DNA of 60,014 nucleotides, the filler included, from Jimgerdemannia flammicorona (taxonomy: Eukaryota): the NCBI GenBank assembly GCA_003990765.1. It is 3 parts of 3 records of this genome, joined end to end, with 100 filler letters (N's around TTAATTAATTAA, not from the genome) between each part and the next. Parts side by side here need not be neighbours in the genome. Positions count along the whole stretch, not along the records: positions 20,040 to 39,977 come from RBNJ01001799.1; positions 40,078 to 60,014 come from RBNJ01001800.1; 1 more part is not named here. One strand, written 5' to 3'. The stretch's first letter is position 1, and each line of letters opens with the position of its first letter. Position numbers and translations under genes: made by a program. This document shows positions 36,539 through 47,571 of this stretch, one piece after another. The notes under the pieces are model-generated. The model saw only the letters and a program-made list of their open reading frames with translations. It had not been told where the DNA came from and made no database searches.

Positions 36539-37357
36539 TGTAATAGAATGAATGAGTGAACAGATGGAATGCAATGAGTGATCATGAACGATCATGTGAC
36601 CTGGCGAGTGATGACATCATCATATGATCGAGTGCGATATATGAATAGCGAGTGACAAACGATGCGAAATGATACAGAAAACAATATCCAGCTTATCCCC
36701 AACAATCGGCACTGCAGTAACTGTTGCCACAGCTGCTGATCATTGCCTAGTAATTGAGGTCCTGATCACAAAGATATTCTTTATCAAAAACCACCTGACA
36801 AAGGTCGCAATCACAAATCTCATTATAGTTACCAAATTAGTCACTCATACTTAGTCAGAAATCGCAGACCAACTTGTATAAATACCCCCCAGTTTCTATC
36901 CAAAATAAAGCAATTTTAGTTCAGTCCTTGATACAAGAATCAAGTCCCCCTCACACACACACATTCCCCTGAGTCTTAGTAATGACACCTAAGTGACTCT
37001 AGTGTTTCTGACTAAACTTCAGAAGCCTAGCTAACTTCTGCCAGAACTGAGACTGGTATATAAATTCCCAAAGACTTAAGTAAACCCATTGAACCTGAAT
37101 TCCAAGGCAAATTCAGTCTGTGCACAGCAAAGAACAAGACCCTCGAAATAGGGCACAAGAGAAAGACCTTTGAAACAAAAGGCAAACCAGAGAAATACCT
37201 TTGAAAGATAAGGCACTGCTGCTACAATTACTTACAAGTGAGCGCTTTCTCAAACTGAAGGCTTCTTGGTACACATTGTGTACTAAATCTCTAAGTAATA
37301 GTCCACTTCCCTAATTATCCAAAGGATAAGAGAGGGATAGAAGTGAGAGTTATTATA
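36539..37357 (+). repeat. 3' LTR (~819 bp)
   Basis: Starts tgtaatag after the PPT and ends gttattata (CA mutated to TA relative to the 5' LTR); TATA-like gtataaata near 36876 and aataaa near 36904. Confidence 0.93.
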
Positions 37358-39977
37358 TACTACAAGATCCATAGGGGTAGGGCAGAGGAAACATAGTATT
37401 GATAGGGGGGGAAGTCAGATGATGGGTCTGATGGTGGGTCAGGTGACTGATAGGGGACAGGGGTCTGGAGGTGGGACAGCTGAGACTGGCATTCCTGGGG
37501 CTGAGCTGGTGGCAGGGCCAGTGGCTGGAAGAGGGACTGCTAATGGCCTTTCTAGGACTAGTGAGGTGACTGCTGGTGTCTCAGGAGGTAAGAGGAAGGT
37601 GATGATGGCAGCTGACTCTAGAGAACTAGTGGTGCATCCTTTTTTCCACAAATCAGTATCAATGTGGGTGATCTCAGCAAATTTTCTGAGATTGGGCTTG
37701 TCTACCAGAGAGGTTTTGCAGCTGGTGGGTGAGGAGATTACTGGCATAGAGTCTCTGAAGTTTATTCCATTAGTAGAGACAGTGGAGATTGGCTTTGTGG
37801 AGGAGGAGGAGATGGTGAAGACCCTGGAGAAAGGGTTGGTGGTTAAGAACATCAAGGTTGAGATGGTGGGGTATCTGAGGTGGGATCTATGTATAGTATA
37901 TCTAGTGATCAAAGGGCTGCTGACACTTGGGAGGCAGGAGACTAAAGAGATAGTGGTGGAGGCACTGATAGGATTTGGTGAGATGGTTGACTTTGGATTT
38001 ATGTTCTGAGAGGGGACTAAGCTGCAGAATGGCAACTGTGAGATTATAGTGAGACTGGAGGGCAAGGAGGCCACAGGGCTAGGGAGGGACTGGCTGGAGG
38101 TGATTTGTGTTGGAGGACAGGAGTGCAAGGTATGGAGAAGAAAAGGTTCTGAACAGGAGGAGAAAGAATTACTACTTGCCCTGAAGGAGAGAGAGACTGT
38201 GAAGGAATTGCAGAAGAGGAGATGAGAGGAGTTCACCAAGGACTGGATCTGGATTCTGACAGATAGGAGGAGGAAGAGGTGGCAGAGGGCAAACTGGGAG
38301 CACCTGCAAATAGTCCTCCAGAGTGTAACAAGGGAGGAAGAAGTGTAGACAGAGATGGCCAAGAGTCAGATAGAGGAGGTGGAGATAGCTGAGGTGTCCT
38401 TTTCACAACTGAGAGGTGTGGAGAACTCAGATCATGTATCAGTGAAGGGGAAGTGGACTGATAGAGAGGAGGTGGGTGAAGGGAGTTTTGAGAATGTCAC
38501 TGAGATAGTGCCTGAGACCCAGTTAGAGGATTTTCATATGGTGGGAGCAGTGAATGTTCATTGGGAATGTCCAGAGACTGGTGAGGTAGTGTGGCTGGAG
38601 AAGGATGCTGAGGAGAATGATCTGGTAGATGGCCTCTGATGTGTCAGCAGACAGGGAGATACTACAGAAGCTGAGTAGAACCCCAAGGCCTGCCACTCCT
38701 GGGCCTCTAGTGATGACTGCAGATGACTGGTATCAGGCAGTGCTTGAGGAGCTTGTGGAGGAGGATATCAAGGAAGTGGATGTATTTAATAGATCTCAGG
38801 AGGCTTGGGAGGGTTTCTTTAATATTGCTTTATAAGGGCTTAAACTGGTGATGATGATGGTGGCGGCACTTCTGAATGATGAAGGATATGAGATAGATGA
38901 GGCCCAGATGGCTGACATCAGGAAAGTAGCTTCAGAGAGAGTTAACATCTTCTGCAGTAGTGTGAATGGAGCCTGTATCTAGAGAGCCATCTGCGAAGAA
39001 TGAAAGGAAATCATCTGTGGTTGAGCTGAAAAGGTGGTAGTGATTCTGGTGGAGCTTTAAACAATTTTATTAATAATGATGAACAATCTACATATTTTAT
39101 CACTGAATGTTAATGGTCTATATGATGGAGTGAAGTAAAGGTGTCTATTTCATTGGCTGAAGGTTAGGAGGTATAATGTAGTTTTTCTTCAGAATGTTTG
39201 AGCTTATGGTGAGCAGGATTATATGGAGTGGAGCAAAGAATGGTATGGCAGTATAGGTTGGAATGAGCAGGTGGGCATCTTAGTGGACTTGGAGAGAGGT
39301 GAGCTGGTGGAGATTGAGATTTATAGTGATTGATTGATTTGGGGGAGATTAAAAGAAGGAGCTAGTGATGGACTTATTGTAGGCTCTGCTTACTTGCCAG
39401 CAGTTGGCAGAGAGCAAAACCAATGGGTGGAGGGCTGGCTGACTTGGGGTGACTGTGAGGGAATTGGGCTGGACATTTTGGGGGAGGACTTTAATATGAT
39501 ATATGACAGAACACTAGATAGGTCTGATGGTGGAGTAGGTGTGGCTGTGTCAGCAGGACTCTTGTGATGGCTTCAGATTGAGAGAGATATGGGATTAGTT
39601 GATAGGGTATAGCAATATCAAGGGGAGAGTCCAGGGCCCTTTACTAGGTAGCACTCAGTTGGTGAGAACTTAGTAGAGACAAGAATTAATTGGATTCTAG
39701 TGGCAGAATACTGGGGTAATGTATTGGATTTGGTGGAAGTATGGTAGTGTCCTTGATCAGATCACTGGAGAGTCAAGGTGCATAGAAGATTTCAGGTATT
39801 CCATGGAGGTGGAGGTCACCGGAGACTTAATGTAGCTTTACTCAAAAGGCAGACAGAGTGGGAGAAATTTGTGACAATTGCAAGGCAGAAAGTGATATGG
39901 TGGAAGGACAGTAGGCAGCTGATAGAGCAGTGGTGGGGTAAATTTAAACATTTGGCAGGTGCCTATTGGCATGATAT
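37358..39977 (+). mobile_element. Divergent LINE subfamily: ORF1 and APE part of ORF2, cut at contig edge
   Basis: ORF1 homology (SLKF..VEIGF, YLRWD, DFGF.F*EGT); ORF2 near 39075 MNNLHILSLNVNGL, LGEDFN, P*SDHW, GGGHRRLNVALL. Confidence 0.85.
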
Positions 39978-40077
39978 NNNNNNNNNNNNNNNNNNNNNNN
40001 NNNNNNNNNNNNNNNNNNNNNTTAATTAATTAANNNNNNNNNNNNNNNNNNNNNNNNNNNNNNNNNNNNNNNNNNNN
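39978..40077. other. Artificial assembly spacer (N run with TTAATTAATTAA)
   Basis: Same structure as the first spacer. Confidence 0.97.
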
Positions 40078-43000
40078 TCCCTCCTGATTAAAGATCACTA
40101 GACCATTAATCACCTTCACCTGTCCACTACTCTGTCTGCAAATCTCTTCTACCAGATGGTAGTAATGCCTGCCCTGGGGACTCCATCCAACCCACTACTC
40201 TGTCATTATATCTCCCATCAACTCCTGCCATCTTAACAACCTCTCCTGCAAACCCAGCTATTGTCTCTCCTTAAAAATGAAGAGCTAATATTCAGCTGGC
40301 CCTATCCATACAGCTAAAACCCATCCTACAGTAAGTTATTCATTACCCACTCCACCCACCAACCTTATTCTCAAATCTTCCCAGTGACTCCTCTCCCTAT
40401 CTGGTCTCCTCTTTATACTCAGCTGGTTCCCTACCATTATCCAAAAGTCCCCCAGGACCTTGTACTCTCCCAGCCAATATTCTGGTATCTGCATAAATCC
40501 CCCAACTTGTCTTACATTATAGCATGCTTTATATTCCAGTAGACTACCATCCACTAGATGCCCAGCACAGAAATTCAACATGATATTCCTTCATAGCATT
40601 TGCTACCATACTACCCAGTACTTAGAAGGAAGCCACCTCTACACCTTAGCACTCTATGCCCAGACTTCTACCCAATTCCACTCTTTATCAATCCTCACTG
40701 CTTGCCAACTGCCAGGCCAAAGATCCTGACCAAGTCTCCTCTGACACTTCACTCTATCACCAATATTAAATTCAATAAAAGAAGTACCCCCCAGAAGCAG
40801 TCTATCCTATCTCCATATAGCTAGTCTCCACATCCTCTCCCCTTTATTACTATATCAGTACAGGCTGATGTAGTGTGCTCTATCTACTACCCCCTATCAG
40901 AAGTCTTTATACTATAGCTGGTGGCTTCCACTCAGGTCTACCAGGGAAAGCAAATCCCCTGAGGACTCTCTTAGGGAGAATTTCATCTCTCACATCTTCT
41001 GCATCAATGGCACTCATTCCCCTCCCCTCAGTTCTACAGCCTGCTTTAACCACCAAGCTCTCAGACAGTATAGTCTCTTAGGAAAGTTCACCAGTCCTAG
41101 CCCCCCTCTAACTACTGGTATAGAAAGGGTATCCCAACTGATCTGGGACCTTCTCTCAGCCCAAATCTAATCTTTAGCCAGCTTCATCAGTCTCTTCACC
41201 ACCCAAGCTGGAAAATCCAAGTAATAGGCAATATACCACAGCTTAGAGAACCAGTAGATATTCAGAATCATTACTTGGCCTACCAGAGAGATGTGGTGGC
41301 CTCTCCAGCCTTGAAGTACCTCTCCCCAGATAGCCACCCTCCTCTTCCACTACACCTGTAGCAAGACCAATCTATATACTGAGAGGAAGATGCCCAGATA
41401 TCTCACTATCTCTTCTGCCAGGACAATTGTTCCAATGACATCCCCTCCCACTAACCTATTTCCCAGCACTATAGTCTCACACTTATATCAGTTGTATTTT
41501 GCTCCAGAGTATACCTCATACTATTCTACTGTCTCCTTAAGAGCCTCAACATCTGCCACTGATCCAAGTCTGACCACTATGTCATCTGCAAAGGCCCCCA
41601 CCTTCTACACTATACTATAAACAGTAAGCCTTACTACCTTCTGCCAAATCCTATCTATCAAAGGTTCTAATAAAAGGGCATATAGAGTAGAAGACAGTGG
41701 ATCCCTCTGAGGAACCCCTCTCTCCAAAGAAAATGCTATACCCTGGTGACCATTATACATTAGTGCTGCCCTACTACTCTTCAATAAATTCAATATAGAG
41801 ATATGGAATAGTAGGGGAACTCCTATTCTGTCTAGCACCTTGCTCAGCCACACCTGCTAAACATAGTCATAGGCCTTCTCCTGGTCCAAAAAGACCAGCC
41901 TTCTATCCAATTCACTAGCTCTTACTCCTTCAATGATACCATGGATCCAGGCCATCCTATCTCTAATAAGTCTGCCTCCAACAAAGCCCTGCTGCTCCTC
42001 ATCCAACATCTGTTGGGCAACCCTCTGTAATCTCACCACAATCACCTTAGTCACCATCTTTCTGTCCATATCCAGAAGCATGATTGGCCTTCAGTTCTTC
42101 CAATCCTCCCTCCTTCTCTTATCCTTGTACAACAGGGTCACCAGCTCTAGGTTCTACCCTCCCACCCACTGACCCCTCAGTAGAATAAAATCACAGAGGG
42201 CTGCCATCTCACCTAATACCCCAGGGACCCCCCACTATCTTCTTCCAAAAGTCCCAAGGTAGATCATCCTCTCCTGGTACCTTACCAAGCTTAGTTGCTA
42301 CAAAGACTCTCTGGATCTCCTCCTCTTGGACCAGAAGGATCAAATCCCCCAGACTCTCTACTTGTGGCAGCTCTCAGTACTCCAGAGTGTCTCCAATTGC
42401 CTCTGCATCAGTACCCCCTTCCTCCTCACTCTATAAACCCCTCCACCACTCCTTCAGTAACCCTAAGATCTATTGTATATTATGTACCATTTCCCCCTCA
42501 GCATTAAGGACTCTATCCCACTGATATTGTACCCTTCTCACTTGGAGGAGTCTTGACAAGTATCTAACTAAGTAAAAATATTCTTCCACTGTCCAGATCT
42601 CCATAGCTCATTTACATTTAGAGAAAAGATATTAGTTGTACTGTTCATTGAGAATAACATTTAGAAGTAAGGTCCTGTATATCCTCTTTTCTCTCCTCCT
42701 GTGCTATGTCCAAGTTGTGTTCAGCAGCCAATCCCTCCTCTTCAGTCTTCTTTGCCTCCAATCCAATCAGAAGTTCAGCCAACTCCCCATCCTTCTTTTC
42801 ATGATACTCCAGACAGATCTCCTGCCAGAGCTTCAGACCATGATACTCTGCTCAACAGTAGGAGGCCCACTTATCAGCAATGACTGCCAGCTCAGCCTCC
42901 CTCTCCTTATCAATCTCATATCTCTCCTCCTTCAAAAGAATTGCAAGCACCTCCACCTTCAGTGCCTCCACTACCCCATCACTATACAAGATCCATACCC

Positions 43001-44772
43001 AATGCTCCTCACTTATAACTCTCAGGTCCACTTCTCTCAACTCTTCTGCCATGAGGTTGTTCATCATCCAGCACATCTACAGTAGGTTTCTCACCTCCTT
43101 CCCTCCTGACATCACTGGTCTCCCAGCATCCAGCATTGTGGTGTCTGCCTCTACACTTGCAGTCTCATCCCACCTCTCCTCTGGAATATCTACCAGCTCA
43201 TCCTTGTCAACTGCCACCACTTGTCCCCCTTTTGCTATGTCAGAAACTTCAAAGTATACTCACTGAGCACTATGTATCAGTACATCCTCTGCTGTCTTAC
43301 TCCTCCTAGCTGAACCCCTTCTGATAAGAGAGAGAGTGTCATCCAATTCCTCTTCCCAGACCTCAAATGTGCCATCAGTATAAGGATCATTGTGTAGTAT
43401 CTTCCTGGCCCCATCTAGGCCCTCCTCTCCATTCTCTCCTCTCTTACTAGCCCAGACACTTGCTTCAGCACCACTAGACTCCTCAGCTTCACTAGTACTT
43501 ATCTTTGCCCCTTCTTTTATACTTGCCAACAACTCTCTCTGTCTCATGCACCCTTGAGCCCTCTCCCACTACCTCTTGTCAGTATGAATATATTTCCTAT
43601 CCACAATCTCCAAATGCATAGACTCTTCATATATCTTCCAGACCTTTATCCTTTACTCCACTGCCCCACTCATCTCCTCCAGAGCCTCTAACAGATCCTC
43701 CTCCTCCTCCTCACTCTCTTTCACTCTCAATATCTTACAGATAAAGGCCCCCCACAATATAACTGAAGACCAGTTGCTTGCCTTCCCTGTGGCTTCTCTC
43801 TCTATCAGTCTAATTCTGATATCAATATCACCAGTCCTAAAAGCAGTCCCCTCCTACATCTGAAATCCAATATCGACCACATTGCTATACTCTGCTATCA
43901 CCTCCTCAACCCTCCTCCTAGTCTCAACCTTCATCACTGTAGGCACTCCCTTCACTAGTAACTGAACCACTCTAGGGTCCCACCTTAAATACTGCACCAT
44001 AGAGACCACCACCTCTCCTACTACTACTGTAGTCTTCAAAGCTTCCTCCAGTAGACCTGCCTCCTTAAAGCCCACCTCCATCCCCTCCAATCTCTTCAGA
44101 AACTTCACTGAGACAGCTTCAGCCACCTGCTCCAAGATAATCCCCAGAACCATCCTTGCTGTCACTGCTAAGCCCTAGAAGCACAAGGTTGCAGTGAACT
44201 TCAAGATCAATTTCTTGAGTAACAGTACCACTGTCAGCCCTATCACACCATCTGCTAGGTCTCTCTTCCTCTTTGGGCTCATCTGCCCAGCTCTACCATC
44301 AACTATCACATCTGGATTTTTTTCCAAATTCTCAATTATGCCACTATCAGCAGTCCCCCCCCTACTTCTAGCTACTGCTCCACTAGCTCTTCCACTCACT
44401 GGCTGAGGTCCAGCATCTCTCACTTCTCCTTCTCTCTACTTTTTCTTCTCTCCTGCCTACCTACTATGAGTTCTAACAGGCTATCCTCCAGCCTTAAGCA
44501 TATCCACAAAGCTCCTCTCCCTCTACTCTCCTGCCTCTCCTCTAGTACTGCTACTACTACCTGAACTGCCCTGCCCACTTGGATCACCAAAAGACCCCAT
44601 CTCTAGTTCATACTCTCATCTGATATATTGCCAGTTGAAGGCTCCAGGTCCACCTGACCTAGTATGTATGTTGGCTTGCTTGTTAGTTGCCATGATCTTA
44701 GTATCTTTCTCCAATAAATGGTTCAAAAGTATGCTTCAAAGTTTGTATTATATGAGTAATAGAGGAGAAAGA
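40078..44772 (-). mobile_element. Degenerate LINE (5'UTR, ORF1, ORF2 with ~1-kb deletion of the endonuclease), 3' end at contig edge
   Basis: ORF1 pieces 42852-44423; ORF2 start MNSTTNIFSLNVN at 42648 jumps after ~27 codons to RYLSRLLQ; RT pieces 41605-42081. Confidence 0.88.
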
Positions 44773-45159
44773 TGTCAGTGCCAAGATCTGCTGTACTCTA
44801 ATTACCAAAGTACTCTCCTCATCCAATATCCTATTCCACTACTGCCTCACTTTTATTGTCTGCAGAAGTCTAGACAGATACTTAGAAGACCTCTTGTCTT
44901 CCTCTAGCCCCTGCTACTATAACTATACAATCATACTCTGGACTCAGACCTTCTTCTCTGTCCTCAATACTCTTATCAACTCTTCTACCTTTATCCAGAT
45001 ATACTCTAGATATCAATTCTCAATAGCCTCCTAATCTAATAATCTAGTTCAATCTAGCTACAGTCTCTCTAGCTAACATAAAGCCTATCTTACCCTTTAC
45101 CTACTCTAAATAGATTAAATTTATTCAGATGAGATTTAAATCAGATTTATTATATGATG

Positions 45160-45590
45160 AATTTGAATCAATTTGGATTTATCTTATAATCCAATCTGGA
45201 TCAATTTGGATCAATTTGAATCAATTTGAATCTTTGATGATATCATTCCTTTTTTGTACACATTTGAATATATTCAATATACTATCTTTATATCTATCAT
45301 CTTTGTATTTACTACTTATATTTACTATCTTTGTTACAATACTATACTCTCTCTTTCTCAGAGAAGCTATTGCTTGATATATCACTCATTCTAGTACTCT
45401 CTACCACTTACTCTAGCTGTTTGATATTACCTTAACTTGTCACTCATTTTAATATATCTCAATTTAACATACCTCAACTCATCACTCAATTTAATATATC
45501 TTAACTTATCACTCAATCTAATATACCTTAACTCATTACTTAATCTAATATATCTTGACTCATCACTTATTCCAATAAATCTTAATACCC
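45160..45590. repeat. Short degenerate tandem repeats (10-bp aatttgaatc; ~27-bp ctcaatttaatatatcttaactcatca)
   Basis: Visible periodicity at 45160-45230 and 45440-45590. Confidence 0.65.
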
Positions 45591-46373
45591 AGGTTAAGAC
45601 TAGAAGTCCTTCTTATATAGATTCTTATAGCTCTTCTAATATCTTGGAATATTCTTTTTTAGACTGAGGAGCCTTAGTGGTTTCTGGACCTTGAGGTTTA
45701 GTAGACAGCAGGTATTTTGTTTATAGTGAGTCTTTGAACTATTTTGAGATTTTGTGAGTTTTGTTTGAGTTGCTATTGCTGTAGTTTCTTAGTCTTTCTT
45801 TTATATTTCTTGAGATGTCTATCTTGTAGTTATAATGACTCATGGTTGGTCATTATTGCTCATCTTATAGCCTGGATAAGTCATGCTGTATGATCTTCTT
45901 GTACTGATCTGGTAGCTTATAAGGAAAGACTGTCTTCTGTAATAATATTACCATTCTGAGATCACTGTTACAGTAGAAAAAGTAAAGCTGAGGTTACAAT
46001 ATACTCAGTATAGAGAGTATTTATATATATTCAAAACTATAACTAAATATAGTATACTGAGTATGTCTATATGTATATAGTTATACTACTTTGGATAACT
46101 ATAACTACTAGTTGGAAATTTCAGAGACTTGTAATGATTCATTACACTATTAAGATATAAAAATTTTATTATAACTAAATAAATATATCTTATTATTAAT
46201 ATCTCAAAATATATAAAATTCAAGCTGATAAAAATATTATTAAAATTTAAACACAGTTATATATAATAGACAAAAAATAAACAAAATACAAAAACAAAAA
46301 CTAAAGAACACATATTATAGCATAAGTGGTAAACTGCAATATATTCAGAGTTTGAAAATATCATCTTTGAATC

Positions 46374-47516
46374 CTACACTAAATTTCCTAGATATTTTGC
46401 CAAATGCACCATATCTACGAACTTGTACTCAGACGTTTCCTTGAACCTGACGAGCCCATCATTACCATTTGTCCAACATAGTTCTCCTAGCTGTCCACGG
46501 AACTCGCCCGTCATGGCTTTAACGTTTTCGTGCTTTCTGGGTTGCACGGGTTCAAGATGGTCCCAGCTGATGCTCTCCAGCACCGAGAGCCGCCCTCCCA
46601 GTAGCTGCACGCAGCACGTGCGTCGTGAGCTATCCACCCGCAACACCTGCCCTGTGTGCCTGTCGTGTACGCCACCCTTGTAAGGATTCCCTGTACGCCG
46701 GTGTCGGATCACGCGAACTTCGAAATTTCGCATTGGCCAGTTTACCATCGCTTTTTTTTTTTTTTTTTTTTTTTGTTGGATTGCGTGAAACAGATCGTCA
46801 GGTTCCCATATGGGTAATTACAAACGATTCATTAAATACAATAAGAAACACCTACTTCTCTGTAGAGAATGGGTTGACACCGACAGGGGTTCTGGAGTTG
46901 CAAGCATGAGCGTTGGCAAATCATGAGTACCAGATGTTGCTGAATTAACCCTAGCTAATCGAGCTTCCCTATTGTCATTTTTACCGTCGTTTTTCTTCCA
47001 CATACCTTTGCTACTATAAAAAATAAAAATAAAAATAACAGAACAAAAAATACATCAGCACATAATCCACATAACTAAAAAATAAAAAATAGTTCCATTT
47101 TCCATCATTACATATCCAACTCCCCCACCTCCAATAATTTCCTACACTGGTGTGCCAGCATATATCCAAATATTCCACACCTCAACTGTTGACCCGCCGT
47201 ACTTAGAACTACTCCTATCTCTCCACTCTGAGGTCCCATCAGATACATACAAACTGGATATGTTCGAGCTAGCTGTATCACTGCCAGATGAATTATGCGC
47301 ACTAGTACTGGTGGCACTGTCACCGTCACCATGTATATTGTCGCATTTGGCTGCGAAATTGAGATCGAGAACACGACCTTGCAGTCGCTGTCCATCCATC
47401 TTTGTTATGGCCCACACAGCACTCTCAACTGACTGGAAGATAAGAAATGCGTAGCTGGATGGTGTAGTACAGAGGTATTATAAAAATATGGCAAAATTTA
47501 CAGAGAGAAGGTAGAA

Positions 47517-47571
<55 letters not shown>

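Larger units (their letters stand above)
22570..37357 (+). mobile_element. Ty3/Gypsy chromovirus-like LTR retrotransposon (gag-dUTPase-PR-RT-RH-IN-chromodomain plus ORF3), interrupted by a LINE
   Basis: Paired LTRs, PBS, PPT and the Gypsy domain order RT-RH-IN; detailed in sub-features. Confidence 0.95.

Noticed and set aside
45600..46150. Possible LTR and gag start on the minus strand
   Set aside because: Composition is suggestive, but no partner LTR or readable motif is present.
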